A DNA stretch of 50,768 bases, taken from IMG/VR virus record IMGVR_UViG_3300012917_000004, positions 1 to 50,768 of that record; one strand, written 5' to 3'. Positions 8,961 through 16,887 of the stretch are shown piece after piece. Positions within the stretch are counted from its first letter, which is position 1. Each line of letters begins with the position of its first letter. The notes under the pieces were generated by a model. The model was not told where the DNA came from, ran no database searches, and worked only from the letters and a program-made list of their open reading frames with translations. Both the position numbers and the translations under genes were made by a program. This DNA comes from a virus (lineage: Duplodnaviria; Caudoviricetes).

Positions 8961-10196
8961 TTAAATTTTTATGATCTTCAAAACGATAGCGGCGGGTTGA
9001 ATAATGCTATGAGCATTTCCTCCGCTTGCATTAGTAATTGTTGTATTTACAGTGATACCAGTAGGAGATGGATTAATAAAAGGAATACCTAGCGGAGGAC
9101 TATTGATTTCATAGGCTCCGGTTCCGGCGCTAAATCCCGAGACAGATCGAGAGTTTGTATCGTTTAATGCAACGGCTACAGCCCCGCCCGTTGTATTTAC
9201 GCCTAGTACTTGATGAGAATGCTGGGGATCAGTAACGCTACTTGAAGCAGTACCTAAAGCTGTTGAAAGTTCGGCTTGTGTTAAAGTATGAGTTTCAGCT
9301 CCGCCAGTATTACCAACAGTATTGCCTATCGTAGCCGTTCCACTTCCACCTGAACCCATTCCGATGCGCCGAGTCATGCTGGGGACGTTAAAATTTGCAC
9401 CCGAACCGCCCCATCCGTAGCCAATGGCAGCGAAAAGAGCGGGGTAAATAGCTGTCGCATAACTCGAACCATCGCACAAGAGCCAACCAGAAGGAGCAGC
9501 GGTGCCTGCAAAATCAAGCATTGCGCCGGAAGGAACAGTAGTAGCAGCAATAGCGTTTAATTGTGTCTGAATCGAAGATGTTACGCCGCTTACATAACCT
9601 AATTCTGTTGTTGTAACAGCCGAAACAAGTAAGAAACCGCTGGAATCCGACAGTATTGCACGATTTGCGGTTAAACTGGCGAGTTTATTTACGGCTATAG
9701 CCGCACCGGAAGCCACTTTTACGTTATTTATAGCCCCATTTGCGATTGTAAGCGCACCAGAAGCCACTATAGTAGCATCACCTGACATTGCTACATCTGT
9801 AGGGACATTTGATCCATTGCCCACGTATATATGATTATTTGATAGCGACGTCAGACCAAGTGCCGACCCATTAAAGGTAAGCATATCGCTACCATTTACA
9901 GCCAAAAGAAGATTGCCGCCGCCAGCATTATTACGCCAGCCGATTGTGTCAGTTTTAGCAAGTTGAATGTAACCGCTAGTTGATGGGCTTGCGGTTTCTG
10001 TTAGGATAGACTTAACTTTAATGCCAAAAGACGTACCAAAATCTACTTGATTAGTTAGGGGAAAATTACCGCCAGAAAGATATAATGCACCGGCTGTAAC
10101 AGCTTGCGCCCAGCCAGTCGCATTTACGCCCCATTCTTCGTCAAAATTTTGGGGGTACTCAAACACCGCGCCGTTAATTGTCAGTGGGATAGCGAT
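8961..10196 (-). CDS. Tail fibre 2 with phage tail collar domain; proposed ATC start at 10196 (track start is GTG 10166)
   Basis: Tail-collar signature VPSGAMLDFAGTAAPSGWLLCDGS..YPALFAAIG..FNVP; N-terminus is paralogous to the upstream fibre. Confidence 0.85.
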   Translation of the reverse strand: MAIPLTINGAVFEYPQNFDEEWGVNATGWAQAVTAGALYLSGGNFPLTNQVDFGTSFGIKVKSILTETASPSTSGYIQLAKTDTIGWRNNAGGGNLLLAVNGSDMLTFNGSALGLTSLSNNHIYVGNGSNVPTDVAMSGDATIVASGALTIANGAINNVKVASGAAIAVNKLASLTANRAILSDSSGFLLVSAVTTTELGYVSGVTSSIQTQLNAIAATTVPSGAMLDFAGTAAPSGWLLCDGSSYATAIYPALFAAIGYGWGGSGANFNVPSMTRRIGMGSGGSGTATIGNTVGNTGGAETHTLTQAELSTALGTASSSVTDPQHSHQVLGVNTTGGAVAVALNDTNSRSVSGFSAGTGAYEINSPPLGIPFINPSPTGITVNTTITNASGGNAHSIIQPAAIVLKIIKI

Positions 10197-10630
10197 GGAA
10201 TTCTACCTCCGATTAAATAATCACACGCAAGATTTAGCGTAAAAATGGAGTCTTTAAATTTGCCCAGACCCGTATTACAGTCATGGCAAAGTAAACCGCG
10301 TATTTTTTTAGTTTTATGGTCATGATCCACACTTAAAGCTATTTTAAATTCGCTCCTATTTCTCCCGCAGATTGCACAACAGCCTTTTTGCTCTTTATAC
10401 ATTTTTTCATAGGCTTCGAGTGTTAAACCAAACGTCCATTTAAGTTTAGTTTTTCGCATCGCCAATGCGATTTCTTTTTTATGAGCCAGTCGCCAAGGAC
10501 GCTCATCTCTATTTCTGCAATCACGACATTCAGGTCGAAAACCACCGCGAGTCACGCTATTTTTATTAAAATCCGACAACGGTAGATAAAGAAGACACCG
10601 ACTACAGCACTTTTTAGAAGAAATAGCCAC
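10181..10630 (-). CDS. Endonuclease VII-family homing endonuclease
   Basis: QKGCCAICG..LSVDHDHKTKKIRGLLCHDCNTGLGKFKD signature plus N-terminal CxxC zinc motifs; sits between the two fibre genes. Confidence 0.92.
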   Translation of the reverse strand: MAISSKKCCSRCLLYLPLSDFNKNSVTRGGFRPECRDCRNRDERPWRLAHKKEIALAMRKTKLKWTFGLTLEAYEKMYKEQKGCCAICGRNRSEFKIALSVDHDHKTKKIRGLLCHDCNTGLGKFKDSIFTLNLACDYLIGGRIPSLSH

Positions 10631-12873
10631 TAGAAAGCGACCTCCTGGGCGGTTATATAGCCGGTCACGCCTGAACCCGCACCGGCAGGGAAGGAAACCG
10701 TCGTAGTATTATCAGAATTACGGATATAAACAGCATAAGTTTGAGCAGAAGTAGAGGCCGGATTGTCAAATACCTGAAGTGTAAGCGGAGTGATGTCCAA
10801 ACTAAGGCCAGATACAGAAACGCGCACCATTGCGCCACCAGCACCGCCGAGTAAGCTGCTACCGCCGCGAGAAATAGTTGCAAAACCATTGACGCCTGAA
10901 GCATTCATTGCGAAAGCACCGGAAGCTGTTACGAAAATTTTATGCGTAGTCGCTTTGGGTGTAATACTCAAAGTAACACCAGTAACGGTAAAAGTACTGG
11001 ACGTTACTGAAGTATCAGTAGTTGTTGAAGCTGTAACAACCTGAACAATAGAACCGATAACATATCCAGCAGCATTGACAGTAGCATTCGCTTGTCCGCT
11101 GACGGCATTCGTTGATGTGGCATAGTAGGCTAATTGATTGGCAGTTCCGCTGTTAACTGTTCCTGAGCCGCTCGGTGCAGCCCACGTCGCGTCGCCCCGC
11201 CAAAACGTACTTGAACTTGCAGATGTACCGCTATTGAGATTCGCTACCGGAAGATTTCCCGTTACGCCATTCGATAGGTCCACTTGCGCCCAAGCTGGAT
11301 TATTAGAAGTTCCTGTATTTGCCAGATAGCGCGTTGCAGAAGCGGATTTAGCCAAAGCAGAAAAAGTGTTGGAAGCGGAAGCATAGACAATATCCCCTTG
11401 AGCAAGAGATGATAAGCCAGTACCGCCGTTTGGCACAGTAAGGGGACTGGATAGCGTCAATCCTGCAAATGTGGGGCTGGAGCCCGTCCCAATGCTTTGG
11501 GGGGTAGAAAGGGTAATGGTGGCCGTTCCATTTGTGACAACGACTTGATTAGCCGTCCCTGTAAGTGTTGCCTTAGACAATAGCCCCGTATCTGTTCGCC
11601 CAATAAGCAACTGTCCATCCGTATAACTCGTTTGCCCCGTTCCACCATTCCCAACTGGCAAGGTACCCGTAACCCCCGTGGTAAGCGGCAAACCCGTACA
11701 ACTGCTTAAAATTCCGGCTGTTGGTGTTCCGAGTGCCGGAGTAACTAGTGTGGCATTCGTCCACGTTCCAGTTAAAGTGTAGTTGCCTTTATCCATAAGA
11801 ATATTGGCATTTGCGCCAGCATCAGGGAAAGTATAAGTACGCGACGCCGCTGGCGCGGTTGCTGAAATACCTATCTGATTTCCTGTTCCAAGAACTAATT
11901 GCGTAACAGAAGCAGTTAAATACATTCCAGCAAATGTCGGAGTCGATCCTGTTCCAATATTCTGAGGCGTGGATAATGTAACATCCCCGGTAGCGGAACT
12001 GGCGATAATTTGATTGGCCGTGCCGGTAATAGAATTGACATCGCCGGTACCCGTAGCAATAACATCTCCTCGCCACGTAAGATTACCAGACCCATCGGTT
12101 GTTAAGGGATAATTACTCGTACCAAAGGCTATGGCGTCCGTCGCCGCTAAACGAAGTACGCCAGTAGTCGCCGGTGACGCGGAAGCGGATTTAACATCCG
12201 TAACAGTTATTTCCCCGGAAGTGGCGAGCTTTGATAACGCAATTGCGGCAGAGGCATTAATATCTGCATTTAAAATTGAATTTGATAGGGATAGTTTGGA
12301 ATAGACGATAGAGGCACTAGAGCCGATATCATTATTTACAATCTGTCCCGCAAGATTTAGTTTGGAATAGGCAATCGCGGCGGAAGCATTAATATATGCA
12401 TTAACTATTACGCCTGATTGAATGGCTGTAACACCAGCATTCGTGATTCCGATATCTCCGGTCATTGCCGTATCGGTGGCTATATTTGAAGCATTCCCAA
12501 CAAAAATATGGCCACTAGTAAGAATGTTAAATTCCAGCGGCGAGCCATTATAGATAAGTTGATCTGACGAATTAACGCCAAGCGTATTGTTGCTAGCATT
12601 AGCAAAATTCCGCCATTCGACTAAATCAGTATTAGCCAAACGTACTACGCCAGCAGATGCGCTATTAGAAGATCGCGACTTAAAGTAGGCCGACACCAAG
12701 CCATAGGTGGCACCAAAATTCGCATCCGCTGTAAGTGTGAATGCACCTCCGGTCTTTTGGAGACATCCAGCCGGAATAGCAACAAGGAAGTCCGTTACAT
12801 TTTGTCCCCAATTCTCGTCATCTACGACAGGAATTATGAACGTTGCCCCATTGAATACAACAAGATCAGCCAA
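10630..12873 (-). CDS. Tail fibre 1; likely TTG start at 12873
   Basis: Gly/Ser/Thr-rich; LPVxNGGTG repeats; duplicated TGTANQ..LSTPQxIGTGSxPTFAG segment; SD AAGGAG 5 nt before the TTG. Confidence 0.8.
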   Translation of the reverse strand: MADLVVFNGATFIIPVVDDENWGQNVTDFLVAIPAGCLQKTGGAFTLTADANFGATYGLVSAYFKSRSSNSASAGVVRLANTDLVEWRNFANASNNTLGVNSSDQLIYNGSPLEFNILTSGHIFVGNASNIATDTAMTGDIGITNAGVTAIQSGVIVNAYINASAAIAYSKLNLAGQIVNNDIGSSASIVYSKLSLSNSILNADINASAAIALSKLATSGEITVTDVKSASASPATTGVLRLAATDAIAFGTSNYPLTTDGSGNLTWRGDVIATGTGDVNSITGTANQIIASSATGDVTLSTPQNIGTGSTPTFAGMYLTASVTQLVLGTGNQIGISATAPAASRTYTFPDAGANANILMDKGNYTLTGTWTNATLVTPALGTPTAGILSSCTGLPLTTGVTGTLPVGNGGTGQTSYTDGQLLIGRTDTGLLSKATLTGTANQVVVTNGTATITLSTPQSIGTGSSPTFAGLTLSSPLTVPNGGTGLSSLAQGDIVYASASNTFSALAKSASATRYLANTGTSNNPAWAQVDLSNGVTGNLPVANLNSGTSASSSTFWRGDATWAAPSGSGTVNSGTANQLAYYATSTNAVSGQANATVNAAGYVIGSIVQVVTASTTTDTSVTSSTFTVTGVTLSITPKATTHKIFVTASGAFAMNASGVNGFATISRGGSSLLGGAGGAMVRVSVSGLSLDITPLTLQVFDNPASTSAQTYAVYIRNSDNTTTVSFPAGAGSGVTGYITAQEVAF

Positions 12874-12894
12874 ATTAACTCCTTTAAAGCTATG

Positions 12895-12915
12895 CCTAGC
12901 CACTCATCGGCTAGG
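12895..12915. terminator. Stem-loop between head and tail genes (possible attenuator/terminator)
   Basis: CCTAGCC-N7-GGCTAGG inverted repeat; T-run follows on the + strand, only a weak tail on the - strand. Confidence 0.45.
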
Positions 12916-12938
12916 GCTTTTTAGTCACATGCTATGAA

Positions 12939-13331
12939 TTATTTTTTCTTCTTTCGTGGCAAAAACGCTTGAAAAGCAGACTGATTATTGTCTTCGTCTT
13001 CATCCATAATATTTTCATTATGAAGAGCCTGCATCTCATCTTTCTCTTTTCCTTCGTCCTCTATTGAGCCTGGAAGATTGGCGACTGCTTCTGCATCCGC
13101 CGAGCCATCAGCAGATTGCTCGGGCATACTGTGCAATTCACCTGGTTCATCCGACGCCGCTGGCATTCCACCGTCAGCCATCTTATGAGGAATAACACTT
13201 ACTTTCTCGACTGATAAGCCTTTGGCATCCGCTGGCGGCTTCATTCCGTCAGATACTTCTTTTGATGCAGAGCTTTTTAGCATACCAAGAAGCATCTGGA
13301 TCATTTTATGCTTTTCGTCCATATTATCCAT
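12939..13331 (-). CDS. Acidic hypothetical virion-associated protein containing a MADGG motif
   Basis: SD AGGAG; 130 aa; acidic body with a basic C-terminal RKKKK. Confidence 0.8.
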   Translation of the reverse strand: MDNMDEKHKMIQMLLGMLKSSASKEVSDGMKPPADAKGLSVEKVSVIPHKMADGGMPAASDEPGELHSMPEQSADGSADAEAVANLPGSIEDEGKEKDEMQALHNENIMDEDEDNNQSAFQAFLPRKKKK

Positions 13332-13349
13332 TTTGTTTATCTCCTAAAA

Positions 13350-13529
13350 TTATGAGATAGAAGTCGTGACAGATGTTTGACCAAATGCACCTGACGCTAC
13401 TCCGTCTACATATCGTGATATACGATCAATAGCGGCAGAATCGTTTGATATTGTTCCAACACCTTGCAACTGGTCTGTCACCATATTAACCGTATCGGGG
13501 GTGACAATCGTGATAATGAGCGTGGACAT
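13350..13529 (-). CDS. Small hypothetical protein, 59 aa (MSTLIITIVTPD...)
   Basis: Read manually, below the track cut-off; SD CAGGAG; follows the capsid gene. Confidence 0.7.
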   Translation of the reverse strand: MSTLIITIVTPDTVNMVTDQLQGVGTISNDSAAIDRISRYVDGVASGAFGQTSVTTSIS

Positions 13530-13562
13530 GATGTATGTTCTCCTGGTTTTTAGATTATGTGT

Positions 13563-13609
13563 CCTAACATTCTTGCCCCCCGTGGGGATACGAGAGGCAA
13601 GAGATTAGG
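13563..13609 (-). other. Long hairpin downstream of the capsid gene (mRNA stabiliser, processing site or tail-less terminator)
   Basis: Minus strand CCTAA..TCTTGCCTCTCGT-ATCCCC-ACGGGGGGCAAGA..TTAGG; the G-U pairs work only on the minus strand; no U-tract. Confidence 0.6.
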
Positions 13610-13620
13610 ATTTCTACTGC

Positions 13621-14907
13621 TTAAGCGCGAGGAACAATGCCCGTGATGTAGCACATATGCGAAGGAGTCTCGCAGAACACGGTATTATCCGCCCATAGTC
13701 TCACCTGATAGCCAGCAAAGTCTCCCAAAGGAACCTGGAGATAGCTGTCCGTCGAAGTGCCAGGAAGCTGGAATGTAAGCTCGCTGGAACCAATACGAGT
13801 GATGGCATCCGTCGGATAGATCAAAGCCTGGCCTCTCTTAATAAGAGGATGAGGAACAATGGTCATCGTGCCGGAAGGAGAGTAGAATTCGAGGGCATCA
13901 GCGCCATTGTCGAATTTCTTTCCTTTCACATCACCATACCGTCTCGCCGCCGCTTGTTCGGTCAATAGATCGCTGAATGTGGTAAGGGGCACTAGAACCG
14001 TGCAATCCTCGCCCATTAAGCCTTTATCGCCCGGAAGCGTGATAGCTTTCTGAAGTTTGCCGAAAGACAACGGAGCCGATCCAGAGTCATACGTATTACC
14101 CGCCCAAAGAGGGAAAGTAGCCGCATCAACGCTGAATAGAGAACCAGTGTTCGAAGCAATTTTCATGAGTCCAACGCCTTCAATCCAAGTGGTGCTTGAG
14201 TTTGTAGCCGCACCATTGAAATAAACATTCAACGCCGTAGCATCTTCAGCCTGAAGGGCCGTAGTACCAGTCGTAGTACCAGTCACATCAATCGTGAAGT
14301 TCGTGAAATCAACTCCAACAACCTGGAACACTGAATCAGCAGCGCTAGAAACCAGCGCACCGCTCGATACCACGAAGAACTGAACCTGCGCTCCTAATGA
14401 AGAAGCCCAAATACCAGTAGCCCAAGTAGCGGCGGTAATGGTAACAGTGCTACGAGTCACAGACACAACATCAACGTCAGATGTCACACCAAGACCCTGC
14501 TGACCATGAAGATACGTACATTCGAGGCGGAATCCCGCGCCCTCAGTCATATCGTTCAAGGTAATATCAACAGCTTTGCCGAAACTATTCTTTCCAGCCG
14601 ACCGTGAGATAGCCGTATAAGAAATGTTATCCCTGCGGATCAAGCTGAACGCCGGAACAAGCGCGTTTTCCATCTGAAGCGCGATGGCAGAATTCAAAGC
14701 GAACGCCGAACCATCCGTATTATACGTATAGCCTTGGCCGGATTGAACTTTGACCGGAGCATTGAACTTGTCTCCGAGCTGTTTCATTCCTTTTTCTACT
14801 GTGGTGTTTTTCAAAACATAAGCATAATTCGGGACGAGATCTTTAATCTTATCCTGATAGGCTTGTTTGAAGTCACCGTTAAGGGCTGACAAATCTACAT
14901 CAGACAT
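13621..14907 (-). CDS. Major capsid protein
   Basis: 428 aa directly after the scaffold-like gene; capsid-like C-terminal pattern (YQVRLWADNTVFCETPSHMCYITGI); SD AAAGGA. Confidence 0.8.
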   Translation of the reverse strand: MSDVDLSALNGDFKQAYQDKIKDLVPNYAYVLKNTTVEKGMKQLGDKFNAPVKVQSGQGYTYNTDGSAFALNSAIALQMENALVPAFSLIRRDNISYTAISRSAGKNSFGKAVDITLNDMTEGAGFRLECTYLHGQQGLGVTSDVDVVSVTRSTVTITAATWATGIWASSLGAQVQFFVVSSGALVSSAADSVFQVVGVDFTNFTIDVTGTTTGTTALQAEDATALNVYFNGAATNSSTTWIEGVGLMKIASNTGSLFSVDAATFPLWAGNTYDSGSAPLSFGKLQKAITLPGDKGLMGEDCTVLVPLTTFSDLLTEQAAARRYGDVKGKKFDNGADALEFYSPSGTMTIVPHPLIKRGQALIYPTDAITRIGSSELTFQLPGTSTDSYLQVPLGDFAGYQVRLWADNTVFCETPSHMCYITGIVPRA

Positions 14908-14929
14908 GGTTATTTCCTTTGCTACATGA

Positions 14930-15072
14930 TTGTCAACTAAGCGAGAGACGTACTAGGTTGGAGTAAGGATAGGTATTAACGTCCGCATCCAACTATTCGG
15001 GATAGCCGTATAGTTGCCATTCTTGTCATGCTATACTTAATCTGGTTCCTCGCATGACTGAGGAATGCAGAT
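14930..15072 (-). ncRNA. Candidate structured RNA leader of the capsid gene with an H-type pseudoknot
   Basis: Hairpin 15040-15072 whose loop GTCATGC is complementary to GCATGAC (15031-15025); further stems at 14990-15016 and 14947-14983. Confidence 0.5.
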
Positions 15073-15146
15073 AAATCGGTGCGCCCGTTTTTATATAGAA
15101 CCGACGCGTAAAACTATGAGACAGGTAGATAAATACCTAAGAGCTC

Positions 15147-15217
15147 GGTCCCAGGTTCGACTTGCACGAACAACCTCGTCTAAAAAGACGCCTCTCTCGT
15201 TGTTGAGTTACTGGTAT
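15147..15217 (-). tRNA. Degenerate tRNA-like element (Lys-UUU-like; pseudo-tRNA)
   Basis: TAACTCAA..GAG D-arm, CGTC-TTTTTA-GACG anticodon arm with a 6-nt loop, GTTCG-TGCAAGT-CGAAC T-arm; acceptor stem only partly paired; no CCA. Confidence 0.45.
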
Positions 15218-15291
15218 GCAGCTTGCGCTGTTCAGTTGACCAATCTGAAATGGTAGTTTATTTATAGACGCTCCATCTATCCCGTCTTACA

Positions 15292-15366
15292 TGGTTGCGA
15301 AGCTGTGGAATCGCACCACATTTAATCAGCTTATGAGGCTAACTGGATACTAACCCGCCGCCCGCG
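15292..15366 (-). tRNA. Atypical tRNA with CAT anticodon, initiator-like acceptor end
   Basis: CGCGGG...TCGCAACCA ends (C1:A72 mismatch, encoded CCA), anticodon loop CTCATAA, T-arm TGTGG-TGCGATT-CCACA, very small D-arm. Confidence 0.75.
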
Positions 15367-15373
15367 AAACGGT

Positions 15374-16336
15374 TTATTCTCGGCCTGGGAACATACCAAC
15401 ACCAGCTTCTGATTTCATTTTCCGCATAGCCGCCCAATACGCCTTACCTTTAAGCTTAGAAAGGTCGACTTTATCACTGGGGGTAGAGTTCGTAGCTGGT
15501 TTTTTAGCCGGTTCTGTAACTGCTTGAGATTTCTTATAGCGTTCTACACGAGCTTTTGCAATCTTATTTGAAATAGCCTCGCCCACATAGTCTAAAAGCT
15601 CATCGCCCTCTAATTTCCCCATCGTAGAGACATGAATTTCTTTTAGATCTCGCGCCACGTACGGAAGAACGTCACTTACCGAATATTCTTTATCGTCTTT
15701 AAGGCCAGCATCAACATATTGAGCAATAAGAGCCAAACTAAGACGAGTTTTCGGTAGTTTATTAGCCGCTAGAGCCTCTTGACAATCTTTTTCGAACTTC
15801 TGGGCCCAATCTTGCGTCTTTTTAGTAGTCTCAGCCACTTTCGCGGCTTCTTCAGTGGCTTTAGCTTTAGCAGCAGCCTCGGCTTCTCGTTCTTTGTATT
15901 CTTCTAGTTCACGCTGTTCTGGTGATAGACTATTAAGACGAATCTGTTCATACAAAATATCGGTAGCAAGCTTCTGCGGGTCAATGCCAGAAGTTTTGCA
16001 TTGTTTGACGAATCCTTTATAGTCTGTAGTCAGAAGAGTAACAAGTTTATCGGCATTTTCTACCTTTTCAGCGGTCGTACGAGCTTTTTCTTCAATACCA
16101 AAGACTTTTTGAATATCATTCTTTAGCTTACTTTCATCAGAAGCATCGTACTCCACTTCTTTGCCATTAACGTTAAGTTTCCAGATTTTCTTCGGCTGTT
16201 CGGCAGCTACTCCATTATCATCTACCTTGGTAACTGGGGCCGTAGCCCCTTCAGTTTTAGACGAGACGGCGGGAGCGGCGTCAGATTTTACAGTATTTGC
16301 TGTAGTAGCAGGTGCGGCGGCTGTAGGTTCATTCAT
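15374..16336 (-). CDS. Probable capsid scaffolding protein
   Basis: Charged coiled coil with a KLNVNGKEVEY motif typical of podovirus scaffolds; immediately upstream of the capsid gene. Confidence 0.7.
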   Translation of the reverse strand: MNEPTAAAPATTANTVKSDAAPAVSSKTEGATAPVTKVDDNGVAAEQPKKIWKLNVNGKEVEYDASDESKLKNDIQKVFGIEEKARTTAEKVENADKLVTLLTTDYKGFVKQCKTSGIDPQKLATDILYEQIRLNSLSPEQRELEEYKEREAEAAAKAKATEEAAKVAETTKKTQDWAQKFEKDCQEALAANKLPKTRLSLALIAQYVDAGLKDDKEYSVSDVLPYVARDLKEIHVSTMGKLEGDELLDYVGEAISNKIAKARVERYKKSQAVTEPAKKPATNSTPSDKVDLSKLKGKAYWAAMRKMKSEAGVGMFPGRE

Positions 16337-16347
16337 ATTATTTCCCC

Positions 16348-16614
16348 TTAGAAGTTTTCGCCAAGAATCGTTCTGGCGCGTTCAGAAACATTATTAATAT
16401 CTTTCGTTAGCATTTCCATTTTTGCTTTATGCGAGGCTAACGTAGCTTGAATGTCGGCTATATCTATATCTCTATTTTTCCGTGTAAGCACATCTTCAGC
16501 AGCACGTACTCCCCAAAGCATAACAATTGAAATAGCAATCATCGGAGAATGAAGCCAAACCGCTGCCGCTAGAAGAGCTACCGTAAGGAAATATAACGGA
16601 ATGTTTTGCTTCAT
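16348..16614 (-). CDS. Small membrane protein (two hydrophobic segments plus coiled coil)
   Basis: LYFLTVALLAAAVWL and MIAISIVMLWGV segments. Confidence 0.65.
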   Translation of the reverse strand: MKQNIPLYFLTVALLAAAVWLHSPMIAISIVMLWGVRAAEDVLTRKNRDIDIADIQATLASHKAKMEMLTKDINNVSERARTILGENF

Positions 16615-16859
16615 ATGATGATCGCCTTAAAATAAGCGTCAGGCGTGATTTCAATTTCGGAGAACGCCCAACCATCCATCGCCTCATCTGCCGCAGCAAT
16701 AGCATGACCAAGAGTCGTGTAAACTCCTGTCCGCTTTTCCACCACCACATCTCCTACCATCAAAAGCATCTGAGCGGCATATAATCCATCTTGACCAGGC
16801 ACCACTCTAAATGCCAAAGAAACAACTTCAGTCGCCTTTTCTTTTTCTTCTAGTTTCAT
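16611..16859 (-). CDS. Hypothetical protein; likely start ATG 16859
   Basis: SD-like GGAGATGGGG before MKLEEKEK; ATGA overlap with the next gene. Confidence 0.65.
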   Translation of the reverse strand: MKLEEKEKATEVVSLAFRVVPGQDGLYAAQMLLMVGDVVVEKRTGVYTTLGHAIAAADEAMDGWAFSEIEITPDAYFKAIII

Positions 16860-16887
16860 ATCCCCATCTCCTTTGGAATTTTCATTT

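Noticed and set aside
15065-15256. 63-aa plus-strand ORF in the scaffold-capsid gap
   Set aside because: Antisense to the late operon, no recognisable motif, and it overlaps the tRNA-like and hairpin elements.
15040-15290. Possible HDV-like (theta) ribozyme next to the tRNAs (TCCTCGC at 15047-15053)
   Set aside because: The motif is on the non-transcribed strand and I could not build the nested double pseudoknot around it.
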